A stretch of DNA of 64,000 bases, from positions 4,116-68,115 of the forward strand of contig DAOTWY010000040.1 in NCBI GenBank assembly GCA_034435635.1, read 5' to 3'. Origin of the DNA: Anaerolineae bacterium (lineage in GTDB: Bacteria; Chloroflexota; Anaerolineae; Aggregatilineales; Phototrophicaceae). The position numbers and the translations under genes are program-made. How positions within the stretch are numbered: the first letter of the stretch is position 1; each line of letters begins with the position of its first letter. Shown piece after piece: positions 50,335 through 59,292 of this stretch. The notes under the pieces are model-generated. The model did no database searches. It worked only from the letters and a program-made list of their open reading frames with translations, and was not told the DNA's origin.

Positions 50335-52500
50335 TTAATCTTCACCCAAAAAATAATATTCTAGGATGCGGCGGGTGATTGGTGCGGCATGAGCGGAACC
50401 ATCTCCAGAGTTTTCTATGATGACAACAACAACGATTTCTGGGTTTTCACGCGGGGCATAGCCAACAAACCAAGCATGAGGTTTTGGATTAGGTGGGTTT
50501 TGTGCGGTGCCTGTTTTACCGCATACACCAATGTCTTCCATCAGTGGAGAATTGCGAAAAACAAATTCAGCTGTTCCAGAGCGGTCTGTTGTGACAGCAC
50601 ACAAACCACTGCGGATATAATCCAGGATGTCGGTTGATACATCCAGAGTTGTTAGCACTTCTGGTTGCATGTGATAGTCCATTTCGCCTAGCAACCCAGT
50701 ACTTAGTACAAGCTGCGGGCGATAACGCACACCATTATTAGCAACGATGGCATAGGCTTCTGCCATTTGCAGCGGAGAAACTTCTACCATCCCCTGACCA
50801 ATTGCCATATTGACCGCATCTGAATATGACCAAGGTTCAGGATGCCAATTAATTTTGGTATCTGGCGTGCCAATGAAGCCCGTACTGGTTTCAATATCAC
50901 GCAGCCCTGGGTCTACCCCTAAGCCCATCATATTGGCGTATGTCGGTAATAAATATGGGTCACGATTATCCAGACGATAACCCGCCTCATAAAAACAGGT
51001 ATTACAACTATGTGTTAATGCCCCCGCTAAATTTAGTCGTCCATGCCCACCTGCTAACCAATCTACGCGGGGAATATCACGGTTCCAAACGCCAGTGGAG
51101 AAATAAGTTTCATCCATTGTGTATTCTCCGCTAGCAAGGGCGGCGATTGCGGTGATCGTTTTCATAATGGAGCCGGAGGGATAACGCCCTTGTGCGGCAC
51201 GATTTAATTGCGGGCGGCGTGGATCATTAATGACCTGCTCAATAATTTGCTGTGCTTGCTCTTGCCCCATAACTGGGAAAGGGATAAAAGCATTGGCATT
51301 ATAGGTTGGATAGCTGACCATTGCTAAAATTTCACCAGTGTTGACATTCATCACCACGGCTGCGCCACCATCCCCAAACGCCCCCTCACTAGCCACGAAT
51401 GCTTCACTAAGGACACCAGTGACAAACCGTTGTAAATCTAAATCAATAGTGAGGTAAACACTTTGACTTGGTTGAATGGGGGTTTCACCTAATAAGCGCA
51501 AGGGTTCACCATTGGGGCGAACAATAGATAAGCGCATTCCCGGTGTGCCGCGTAATGTTTCATCCCAGCCGCGTTCTATACCGCTACGACCTAGGATCGA
51601 ATCCTGCCGGAATCCAGCGGCTTCCACTTGTGGAATTTCATCAGCTTCTGGATAACCGACTGTACCAATGACATGCGGCAGTAGATCACCATAGATATAA
51701 CGACGGGTACGAATAGCATCAAACTGGGCGTTGCAAATCTCTACCAGTGCGCTTTCCCATACATCAAACACATTTCCTTCAATTAAGCCAATTTCCGCCA
51801 GCCAATCTGGATTGTTTCGGTTCAAGCGATTCTGTACTTCTTCTGCAGGGATTTCTAAAACTTGCGCTAAGGTGTTGATGCACAGGTCTAAATCCTCAAT
51901 TTGATTTTCAATAACCAATATTTTGACCATGCGTCCGTTCATATCTGCCAAGATTTCGCCATTGCGGTCATAAATATTGCCACGGAGCGGCGGGAACGAT
52001 TCGAGGCGGAGCAGCCCGCCTTCTGCCATTTGGCGGAAAATATCACCAGGTGACCAGGCGATACGCCAGGCTTCACCATCTAATACCAGTCGAATTTCTC
52101 GGTTTTGATCAGTAAATGTACCGATACTATTGGTATGGAATGTTACATCATAAACAAAGATCATAATGCGGTTACCCTCTCGTGCTTGGGCACGCAGGGC
52201 AAATTCCAGGCTTTCTAAGCGCATGGTTTCATGGCTAGATTGATATAAAGCGGCGAACGAATCATAAGGAGTTGCTTGCTGACTGGATTCGCTCAACAGC
52301 GCGTACATGGCTTCCCATTCAGCTTGTTGCCAGTGATACAAAAATGCCGTTACAACGGCTTCAGCATCGTACATGTTATTATAACTAGGCGTGATGGTTG
52401 GGATGCGCGTAGGGAGTTGTGCATGAAGTGGTTCGGTTTCTTGTGGCGCACAGCCAACCAGGCACAATATAAGACCGACGACTAGCAACCAGCGTTTCAC
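50335..52500 (-). CDS. mrdA: Penicillin-binding protein 2 (class B transpeptidase)
   Basis: The track ORF extends to 52623. GTG 52500 is preferred because GAGGA lies 10 nt upstream, it gives the single N-terminal anchor VKRWLLVVGLILCLVGC, and it removes the overlap with the divergent gene. Motifs are SIMK (SxxK), SCN (SxN) and KTGTA. Confidence 0.85.
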   Translation of the reverse strand: MKRWLLVVGLILCLVGCAPQETEPLHAQLPTRIPTITPSYNNMYDAEAVVTAFLYHWQQAEWEAMYALLSESSQQATPYDSFAALYQSSHETMRLESLEFALRAQAREGNRIMIFVYDVTFHTNSIGTFTDQNREIRLVLDGEAWRIAWSPGDIFRQMAEGGLLRLESFPPLRGNIYDRNGEILADMNGRMVKILVIENQIEDLDLCINTLAQVLEIPAEEVQNRLNRNNPDWLAEIGLIEGNVFDVWESALVEICNAQFDAIRTRRYIYGDLLPHVIGTVGYPEADEIPQVEAAGFRQDSILGRSGIERGWDETLRGTPGMRLSIVRPNGEPLRLLGETPIQPSQSVYLTIDLDLQRFVTGVLSEAFVASEGAFGDGGAAVVMNVNTGEILAMVSYPTYNANAFIPFPVMGQEQAQQIIEQVINDPRRPQLNRAAQGRYPSGSIMKTITAIAALASGEYTMDETYFSTGVWNRDIPRVDWLAGGHGRLNLAGALTHSCNTCFYEAGYRLDNRDPYLLPTYANMMGLGVDPGLRDIETSTGFIGTPDTKINWHPEPWSYSDAVNMAIGQGMVEVSPLQMAEAYAIVANNGVRYRPQLVLSTGLLGEMDYHMQPEVLTTLDVSTDILDYIRSGLCAVTTDRSGTAEFVFRNSPLMEDIGVCGKTGTAQNPPNPKPHAWFVGYAPRENPEIVVVVIIENSGDGSAHAAPITRRILEYYFLGED

Positions 52501-52611
52501 GGATGATTTATCCTCACAATATAGCACTCGATGCTCATTATACGAGTTGTATGCGGAATCAGCCAGCCACATATATAATATCAAAAATACAATATTAAGG
52601 AGTAAAGCGGA

Positions 52612-53046
52612 ATGACTGATCAAATTGAAATTGTGGCGGTCGATAGCTTAGTTGCCAATGAATTTGAGGTGCAGCTTAATGGGGAAGCGATAACAGGGAT
52701 TTTTCGAGTTGATGGCTTAACAACGTTTAAGTTAGATCAAAATGGTGAACGTGTTCATGAGCCGGTCACATTGGTGAAAATGGTACAGCGAGATGGAAAC
52801 ACCGCCATCAATAAGTGGCTGCGGGAAACGATGGCATATGGCAGTGATAAACCGCGTCGTCATTTAACGATTGTTGCTATTGATGATGGCGTGGAAACTC
52901 GCCGTTGGACACTGCGTGATGCTTGGATCCAGCAAGTTTGTTATTCTGCGTTTGATACCGCATCAACAGAAATGGTTGAGGAAATCCTCACGATTTATTA
53001 TGAAAGTATTGAAGAAACCTGGTCAGCGACCCCGAATCTGGAATAA
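52612..53046 (+). CDS. Phage tail tube-like protein (T4 gp19 / contractile-injection-system tube family), orphan
   Basis: 144 aa, with AAGGAG (52597-52602) 9 nt upstream. The pattern FEVQLNGE.ITGIFRVDGL ... VTLVKMVQRDGNTAINKWL ... RRHLTIVAIDDGVETRRWTLRDAWIQQVCYSAFDTASTEMVEEILTIYYESIEE follows the conserved layout of this family. Called by eye only. Confidence 0.55.
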   Translation: MTDQIEIVAVDSLVANEFEVQLNGEAITGIFRVDGLTTFKLDQNGERVHEPVTLVKMVQRDGNTAINKWLRETMAYGSDKPRRHLTIVAIDDGVETRRWTLRDAWIQQVCYSAFDTASTEMVEEILTIYYESIEETWSATPNLE

Positions 53047-53049
53047 ACG

Positions 53050-54030
53050 ATGACGATTCGATGGGGGATTATGGCGACGGGGTGGATTGCAGAAGCTTTT
53101 GCTGAAGGATTGCAATATGTCACCGATTCACAATTGATTGCGGTTGGGTCACGCTCACAACGTTCTGCTGATGATTTTGCGGCGCGGTTTCATATCCCAA
53201 ATAGACATGCCTCTTATGAGGCTTTGGCAAACGATCCTGACGTAGATGTGGTTTATATTGCCACACCACACGGGATGCATTATGAAAACATGCTGATGTG
53301 CCTGAATGCTGGTAAGCATGTGCTGTGTGAGAAAGCGTTTACACTAAATGCACGGCAAGCAGCGGAAGTGATCGCCCTGGCAAGAGCGAAAAAACTGTTT
53401 TTGATGGAAGCGATGTGGACACGCTTTTTGCCGGCTGTGGTTGAATTACAACGTATTTTGTTATCTGGTGTGATTGGGGAAGTCCGTGCTTTCCAGGCTG
53501 ATTTTAGTTTTCCGCCGCGTTTTGACCCAAAAAGCCGTTTGTTTGATCCAGCTTTAGGGGGCGGCTCGTTGTTGGATTTAGGGGTTTATCCGGTATCCTT
53601 TACCTCAATGTTATTTGGTGAGCCGGAACGGATTGTTTCCGCGGCGCATTTGGGAATAACAGGGGTTGATATGCAAATGGGGGCGGTGATGATATACCCT
53701 GATGGCAAGCTGGCGATGGCTTTTTCTAGTTTGGAGTGTAATGGGGCGAATCGTGCTGCTATCCAAGGGCGGCTAGGGCGGATTGAGATTGCGCGGGAGT
53801 TCTTCCATCCAGAGCAATTCAGCGTGATTTTACAAGATGGCAGCCGGGAAGATTATACATTCCCAATTGAGGGGAATGGGTATCGTTATGAAGCGCAAGA
53901 AGTCGTTGAGCGTTTGCTAGCGGGTGAGTTAGAAAGCCCAGTGATGCCTTTAGATGAGACCTTGGCAATTATGCGGATGATGGATACCATGCGGGCACAA
54001 TGGGGTATGGTATACCCCAACGTGGATTGA
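53050..54030 (+). CDS. Gfo/Idh/MocA family oxidoreductase
   Basis: N-terminal Rossmann IRWGIMATGWIA and a CEKAF motif. 326 aa. It starts 3 nt after the preceding gene. Confidence 0.85.
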   Translation: MTIRWGIMATGWIAEAFAEGLQYVTDSQLIAVGSRSQRSADDFAARFHIPNRHASYEALANDPDVDVVYIATPHGMHYENMLMCLNAGKHVLCEKAFTLNARQAAEVIALARAKKLFLMEAMWTRFLPAVVELQRILLSGVIGEVRAFQADFSFPPRFDPKSRLFDPALGGGSLLDLGVYPVSFTSMLFGEPERIVSAAHLGITGVDMQMGAVMIYPDGKLAMAFSSLECNGANRAAIQGRLGRIEIAREFFHPEQFSVILQDGSREDYTFPIEGNGYRYEAQEVVERLLAGELESPVMPLDETLAIMRMMDTMRAQWGMVYPNVD

Positions 54031-54109
54031 TATTGACACACAGTTTCCTGTATGTTAACATGAGTTCAAATAAAAATAACAATTTTTTGAAAATCATTTT
54101 TAACAACTG

Positions 54110-54243
54110 GTTGTTGCCAGTGCGCTCCGGCTGGGTCCTGCGCGGCAGGACCTCCGAACCGTGTCAGGACCGGAAGGTAGCAGCACTAAGGAGTATATCC
54201 TGGGTGCCGCAGGGTCACCTGGCTTGAGCACACTGGCAACAAC
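54110..54243 (+). ncRNA. ffs: Signal recognition particle RNA (small/4.5S type)
   Basis: The conserved domain IV core is GTGTCAGGACCGGAAGGTAGCAGC with a GGAA tetraloop (~54171-54174). The terminal helix is gttgttgccagtgcgctc (54110-54127) / gagcacactggcaacaac (54226-54243), with one G-U. T6 follows at 54244-54249. Confidence 0.85.
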
Positions 54244-54274
54244 TTTTTTGTCGTTTATTACCCCACTGGTGATT

Positions 54275-55765
54275 ATGTCTGAATTGGACGACACCACCCC
54301 AACATATCCCATACCAAAGCCAAAACAAGATAACCTGCGCCGCTTTTGGTTGATAGTGATAGTGGTGTTATTGGTTACTTTACCACTAACTGCTGGCTTG
54401 TTGATCCACGAGTTTCAAAAATCAGACCCCATCATAGAGCAACCGATTTTAGTAACATTGTTGATTGATGGGGTAACTTACCCTGTTTCCACCATGGCAG
54501 ATACAGTTGCTGATTTGTTACAAGAGCAAGCCATTGTATTACAGGAAAACGATTTGTTACGTACAGATGTCAATGCGCCCCTGACGGATGGCATGATCGT
54601 GCAGATTGATCGAGCGCGTCCAGTTAACATCACTGTGGATGATGAAACGACAGTGATATTAACCACACATGAAAACCCATATGATGTGTTACGTTTGGCG
54701 GGGGTTTCCCTTAACCCTGATGATCGGATTTATGTGGATGGGTTGGAAATTGCACCAGGGGATTTGCTGGCATATCCGTTGCCCGTTTCAGAAATTGTGA
54801 TTTGGCGGGCGATTCCTGTTCAAATCCTAGATGGTGATGTGATGTTACAGATTAACGCTATTGGGGAAACCGTTGGAGATGCCTTGTATGAAGCAGGTAT
54901 CACAATCTATTTAGCAGATCGTGTTACCCCGGAGGTAAGTGCTCGTTTGACACCTAACATGCAGATTGTCATTGAACGCGCTAAACCGATTAGTATTGTG
55001 GTAGATGGCGAACGGACAGAAACACGAGTTTCAGCAGAAACAGTGGGGGCAGCAATTGCAGAAGCTCAGATACCCCTGACAGGCTTAGATTACACAATTC
55101 CATCTGAAGATACTGCCATTTTGCCGGGAATGTTGATTCAAGTTATTCGTGTGACGGAAGAAATCATCACCGAGCAAGACATCATCCCGTTTGAGACGGT
55201 GTATCAAGCGGATGCATCAATGAATTTAGATACACGGGCGGTATTGCAAGCTGGGCAGAACGGAATCATTGAGCGGTCAATCCGCGTACGTTATGAAAAT
55301 GGTGTGGAAATTAGCCGAGAGCCAGCTGGTGAGCAAGTTGTACAGGAGCGGCGTGATCAGATCATTGCCTATGGTACGAATGTCGTGATCCGCACACTCC
55401 AAACGCCTGATGGCACAATTGAATATTGGCGACATTTGCGCATGTATGCTACCAGTTATTATCCGGCGGAATTAGGCGGTGATAACATTACCGCCATTGG
55501 TGAAACCCTTCATAAAGGGATTGTTGGTATCAATCCACGGATTATTCCTTATCGCACAATGATGTATGTCCCCGGATACGGTGTTGGTATGGCTGCTGAT
55601 ACAGGTGGTCCACGCACTTTTTCCTATTGGGTAGATTTGGGATATTCTGATGAAGACTGGGTGAGTTGGTCTCGTTGGGTGGATGTTTATCTGTTAACAC
55701 CAGTTCCAGAGACAATTAACTATTTGTTACCGCAAGAAGAACGCGGGGGTCCCGTTTCCCCATAA
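54275..55765 (+). CDS. YabE/RpfB-like cell-wall protein: TM anchor, DUF348 repeats, G5 domain, C-terminal 3D domain
   Basis: The track ORF starts at GTG 54161, inside the SRP RNA; ATG 54275 (MSELDD) is preferred. DUF348-like repeats include VTLLIDGVTYPVSTMADTVADLL...GMIVQIDR. The G5-like segment is ITEQDIIPFETVYQADASM...GIIERSIRVRYENG. The 3D-like C-terminus is ATSYYPAELGGDNITAIGETL...GMAADTGG. Confidence 0.8.
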   Translation: MSELDDTTPTYPIPKPKQDNLRRFWLIVIVVLLVTLPLTAGLLIHEFQKSDPIIEQPILVTLLIDGVTYPVSTMADTVADLLQEQAIVLQENDLLRTDVNAPLTDGMIVQIDRARPVNITVDDETTVILTTHENPYDVLRLAGVSLNPDDRIYVDGLEIAPGDLLAYPLPVSEIVIWRAIPVQILDGDVMLQINAIGETVGDALYEAGITIYLADRVTPEVSARLTPNMQIVIERAKPISIVVDGERTETRVSAETVGAAIAEAQIPLTGLDYTIPSEDTAILPGMLIQVIRVTEEIITEQDIIPFETVYQADASMNLDTRAVLQAGQNGIIERSIRVRYENGVEISREPAGEQVVQERRDQIIAYGTNVVIRTLQTPDGTIEYWRHLRMYATSYYPAELGGDNITAIGETLHKGIVGINPRIIPYRTMMYVPGYGVGMAADTGGPRTFSYWVDLGYSDEDWVSWSRWVDVYLLTPVPETINYLLPQEERGGPVSP

Positions 55766-55856
55766 CATCAAAACTTGTTACCCAATCATTGGTGATGTAA
55801 GCCGCTTTGCCGTATAATGCAGTTGTTTCACGCTGTCATGATACAGGCTGTAATGA

Positions 55857-58019
55857 ATGACGACTGATGATCTGATCGGCAAGACGCTAGGTGGATACGA
55901 AATTTTAGACCGCATTGGACAAGGCGGTATGGCAACGGTTTATCGTGCCCGTCAAACATCCATGAATCGCATTGTGGCATTAAAAGTGCTACCACGGCAT
56001 TTCATGCGGGATGATACGTATATCCAGCGATTTGAGCGAGAAGTTAAAATTGTCTCCCAATTAGAACACCGGAATATTGTTCCCGTGCATGATTATGGAC
56101 AATATGACGGGCAGCCTTATATTGCTATGCGGTATATGCCGGCTGGTTCAGTGGACGATTTGCTTAAGCAAGGGGTGCTATCACCGGAAAAAATTTTGAG
56201 TATCATCCAGCAAATTGCCCCCGCTTTAGATTATGCTCATAGTAAAAATGTGCTGCACCGAGATTTAAAGCCCAGTAATATTTTGATGGATGATGATGGC
56301 GGGGCATATATTACAGATTTTGGTATTGCGCGGATTGTCGGTTCTGAAGGACAAGGTTACACCATCACAACGCAAGGGGTCGTGGGTACACCAAGTTATA
56401 TGAGTCCTGAACAGGCACAAGGCAAAGATTTGGATGGACGGAGTGACATTTATTCACTTGGTGTGATGCTGTTTGAGATGGCAACAGGTCGTCGCCCATT
56501 TCAAAATGATACTCCCTATGGGATTGCAGTTATGCAAGTGACAGCAGCCCCACCTCTGCCGCGCTCACTTAACCCCAATATTTCCGCCGCGTTGGAACAG
56601 GTTATCATCAAAGCACTAAAGAAAAACCCTGATGATCGTTACCAAACGGCGACGGAACTAGCACAAGACCTAGAAACGGCTATTTTGCACCCAGATAAAC
56701 TGCATGATACCCAACCACGCGCATTGCAAATTAACCCTGCTTTACAGCAAACACAACCAGCATTTGTAGAAAAAAAGACAACGCCATCTTCTGGTACCGG
56801 GGCACCATCGCCAGCACCCGTGCCTGCCGTTAGAACACCACCACCATCCTATGCGAGTCGTCCCATCAGTCAACATTTGCCACCACCTGGTTTTCGTTCA
56901 CGAGTGCGCAAGATACGCCGTTCCAACCCAGGCAATTGGTGGATCGGCATCATTGTTGGGGGATTGATTGGATGTGCGTTGTTGATGGGCATTGTGTTGG
57001 CTTTGGCGATGTTGGCTAGCACATTGATTTCTAGTGATGACCCACCACCGACCGCTCAACGCGGTGGGCAACTTGCTACACCCGCTTCTGCTACTAGCAC
57101 GGTTATATCCAGCAGTATTTTAACAGCACAAGCAGCTGCGCGCGTATCTCCTACCCAGATTATGCCGATTGATGTAGAACCATCTGCGACCTTTGAGGCG
57201 GATTTTGTGCCATCACAGATTGTTTATTTTGCCTATCGTAATGATAAATATGATATTTATTTATATGATATGCTCACCGGTGTAGAAGTGCCGTTAACGG
57301 ATGATGACAGCAGTAGTTCATACCCGATGGTTTCACCAGATGGCACAAAAATGTTGTTTCAGTCCAACCGTGACGGTGATTTTGATATTTATATTATGGA
57401 TTTGGCTTCGCGGGAGGTTACACAACTAACGGATAATACAGTTTCTGACCGCACAGCGGCGTGGTCTCCGGATGGGCAATGGATTGTTTATTCATCGGAT
57501 ACACGTGGGGATGGCAATCATGATATTTACCGTATTCCTGCCATTGGGGGAGAGCCAGAGCTGATCTTCAGTAATGGGCAGCGGAATGGGCATCCTCGCA
57601 TCAGCCCGGATGGACGCTCAATGGTTTTTACGAGTGGGGACAGAAATAACGCTTCATCTTGGGAGATTATTCGCATGGATTTATCGACCGGAGAGACTTT
57701 ACAACTCACCGCCAACGATACGCGCGATGCTTCACCATCTTTTACGCCAGATGGGCAGCGCATTATTTATAACCCTTATGGTGACGGACTTTCTGCTATT
57801 GCAACGATTGACCTAAATGGCAGTGAATCCCCTCAGATTTTATATGATGGGGAAGGGTATGAGTGGGGTATGAATTATAGTGCAGATGGCAAGTGGTTGA
57901 TCTTTAACTCAGAAATTGAGGATGTTTCTTATATTTTTGTGATGCGGGCAGATGGCACGGGGGTGCGCAAAATTGAAGGGATTGATGGGTTTTATCCGTC
58001 ATGGGTGCAGCGACGCTAG
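55857..58019 (+). CDS. Ser/Thr protein kinase with TM helix and extracytoplasmic TolB-like (PD40) beta-propeller
   Basis: Kinase motifs are GQGGMATVYRA, ALKVL, HRDLKPSNIL, DFGIAR and GTPSYMSPEQ. A Pro-rich linker and the TM helix WWIGIIVGGLIGCALLMGIVLALAML follow. PD40-type motifs repeat (SPDGTKMLFQSNRDGDFDIYIMD, SPDGQWIVYSSD, SPDGRSMVFTS, TPDGQRIIY, SADGKWLIFNS). Confidence 0.88.
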   Translation: MTTDDLIGKTLGGYEILDRIGQGGMATVYRARQTSMNRIVALKVLPRHFMRDDTYIQRFEREVKIVSQLEHRNIVPVHDYGQYDGQPYIAMRYMPAGSVDDLLKQGVLSPEKILSIIQQIAPALDYAHSKNVLHRDLKPSNILMDDDGGAYITDFGIARIVGSEGQGYTITTQGVVGTPSYMSPEQAQGKDLDGRSDIYSLGVMLFEMATGRRPFQNDTPYGIAVMQVTAAPPLPRSLNPNISAALEQVIIKALKKNPDDRYQTATELAQDLETAILHPDKLHDTQPRALQINPALQQTQPAFVEKKTTPSSGTGAPSPAPVPAVRTPPPSYASRPISQHLPPPGFRSRVRKIRRSNPGNWWIGIIVGGLIGCALLMGIVLALAMLASTLISSDDPPPTAQRGGQLATPASATSTVISSSILTAQAAARVSPTQIMPIDVEPSATFEADFVPSQIVYFAYRNDKYDIYLYDMLTGVEVPLTDDDSSSSYPMVSPDGTKMLFQSNRDGDFDIYIMDLASREVTQLTDNTVSDRTAAWSPDGQWIVYSSDTRGDGNHDIYRIPAIGGEPELIFSNGQRNGHPRISPDGRSMVFTSGDRNNASSWEIIRMDLSTGETLQLTANDTRDASPSFTPDGQRIIYNPYGDGLSAIATIDLNGSESPQILYDGEGYEWGMNYSADGKWLIFNSEIEDVSYIFVMRADGTGVRKIEGIDGFYPSWVQRR

Positions 58020-58657
58020 CTCAAATCCTTTCAGATACGCTCCGACAAGACCTAAGAGATGGCGTTTATTTGTGTGGAGAGCGTCTTGCAGAAAGTGTGC
58101 TTGCACGCCAATATAACGTTAGTCAAAATACAGCCCGTGATGCGCTCAAATTATTAGAAGCAGAAGGTTGGGTTATCAAACATGCTCGGCGTGGCGTATA
58201 TGTGCGCCAGTTTTCTAATGCTGAAGCAGAAGAGTTATATACCTTGCGTGCCACGCTGGAAAATCTGGTGTTAAATTGGGCGATGCAAGCCATGAATGAG
58301 CAAAATCAAGCGCAATTAGCACAGATTATCGCCCAAGCGCGTATTCAGGCTAACAGCGAAAATGATAATGGTGTATGGGATGCCATCAATACATTTCATG
58401 AGACACTTCTGCGTATTGCAGATCACCCGATGACGCTGGGTATTTTACAACCAATTCTCAATCAATGTCGATTATTGATGAATTTGCGCCAACGATATGA
58501 CCCGGCTGACGAAACCGTTTATGCCATGACACTAACATTATATGGCAATCTGATTACACATATTCGATACCATGATCATCTGGCAGCACAAAACACATTA
58601 TATGCCATTATTATGTCCGAGCGTGAGCAAGTGCTTACAATGTTGGATTTAATATAA
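58001..58657 (+). CDS. GntR family transcriptional regulator (FadR/FCD subfamily)
   Basis: The HTH is LAESVLARQYNVSQNTARDALKLLEAEGWVIKHARRGVYV, with an all-helical C-terminal domain. The start overlaps the kinase 3' end by 19 nt. Confidence 0.8.
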   Translation: MGAATLAQILSDTLRQDLRDGVYLCGERLAESVLARQYNVSQNTARDALKLLEAEGWVIKHARRGVYVRQFSNAEAEELYTLRATLENLVLNWAMQAMNEQNQAQLAQIIAQARIQANSENDNGVWDAINTFHETLLRIADHPMTLGILQPILNQCRLLMNLRQRYDPADETVYAMTLTLYGNLITHIRYHDHLAAQNTLYAIIMSEREQVLTMLDLI

Positions 58658-58665
58658 TAGCTAAG

Positions 58666-59271
58666 CTAACTAATAAAGTCTTTTAGAACTTGGAAATCAT
58701 GTTTAAGGGTTGTTTTCTGATCTGCACGATATAACGCCACTGCTGGATGAAACAACGGCACAACATATACTTCTCCATACTCAGCTTGTGCTTTAATTTT
58801 TCGTCCATGTAATTGGCTAATTTTGTCATTTTGTTCTGGTGCATCAAATAGTTTTAGAATAAACTCCATTGAAAAACGTCCTAACGTTGCGATGACTCTG
58901 GGTTGAATAATGTTGATTTGCCGGACGAGAAACGGAGAATAGAGTTTAATTTCTTCGCGAGATGGATCACGGTTGTCCGGCGGGCGATCTTTGACAATAT
59001 TGGTGACATAAACATCTTCTCGTTTGAGGTTGATGGAAGCCAAGAGTTCATCTAAAACACGCCCGGATGCGCCACAAAAAGGACGACCCTGCTCTGCTTC
59101 ATTTTTGCCTGGGGCTTCGCCAATAAACATAATATCTGCGTCATGATTTCCCTGACCTAACACTGGAAAATAGTTGTTCCTGACACGGAATTCATATAGT
59201 GGTGATTCTTTTAAGTTAATGACTTCATCCCGAATCTGTTTTAGTAATTCGGTTTTTTCTGTTAATTGCAT
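58666..59271 (-). CDS. udg: Uracil-DNA glycosylase, family 4-like
   Basis: Motif A is FIGEAPGKNEAEQGRPFCGASGRVLDELL, and the C-terminal His motif is in PLFHPA. 201 aa. Confidence 0.8.
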   Translation of the reverse strand: MQLTEKTELLKQIRDEVINLKESPLYEFRVRNNYFPVLGQGNHDADIMFIGEAPGKNEAEQGRPFCGASGRVLDELLASINLKREDVYVTNIVKDRPPDNRDPSREEIKLYSPFLVRQINIIQPRVIATLGRFSMEFILKLFDAPEQNDKISQLHGRKIKAQAEYGEVYVVPLFHPAVALYRADQKTTLKHDFQVLKDFIS

Positions 59272-59292
59272 GATGCTTATCCTTTTTTCGTT

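Noticed and set aside
52501-52623. A 41-codon N-terminal extension of the PBP2 ORF overlapping the start of the tail-tube-like gene
   Set aside because: The internal GTG 52500 has a GAGGA RBS and yields the single membrane anchor expected of class B PBPs. The extension would add a second hydrophobic segment and overlap the divergent gene and its RBS.
54000-54274. ORFs 54000-54227(+), 54100-54312(-) and codons 1-38 of 54161-55765(+)
   Set aside because: All overlap the SRP RNA gene, whose conserved core and closing helix explain the sequence better than coding does.
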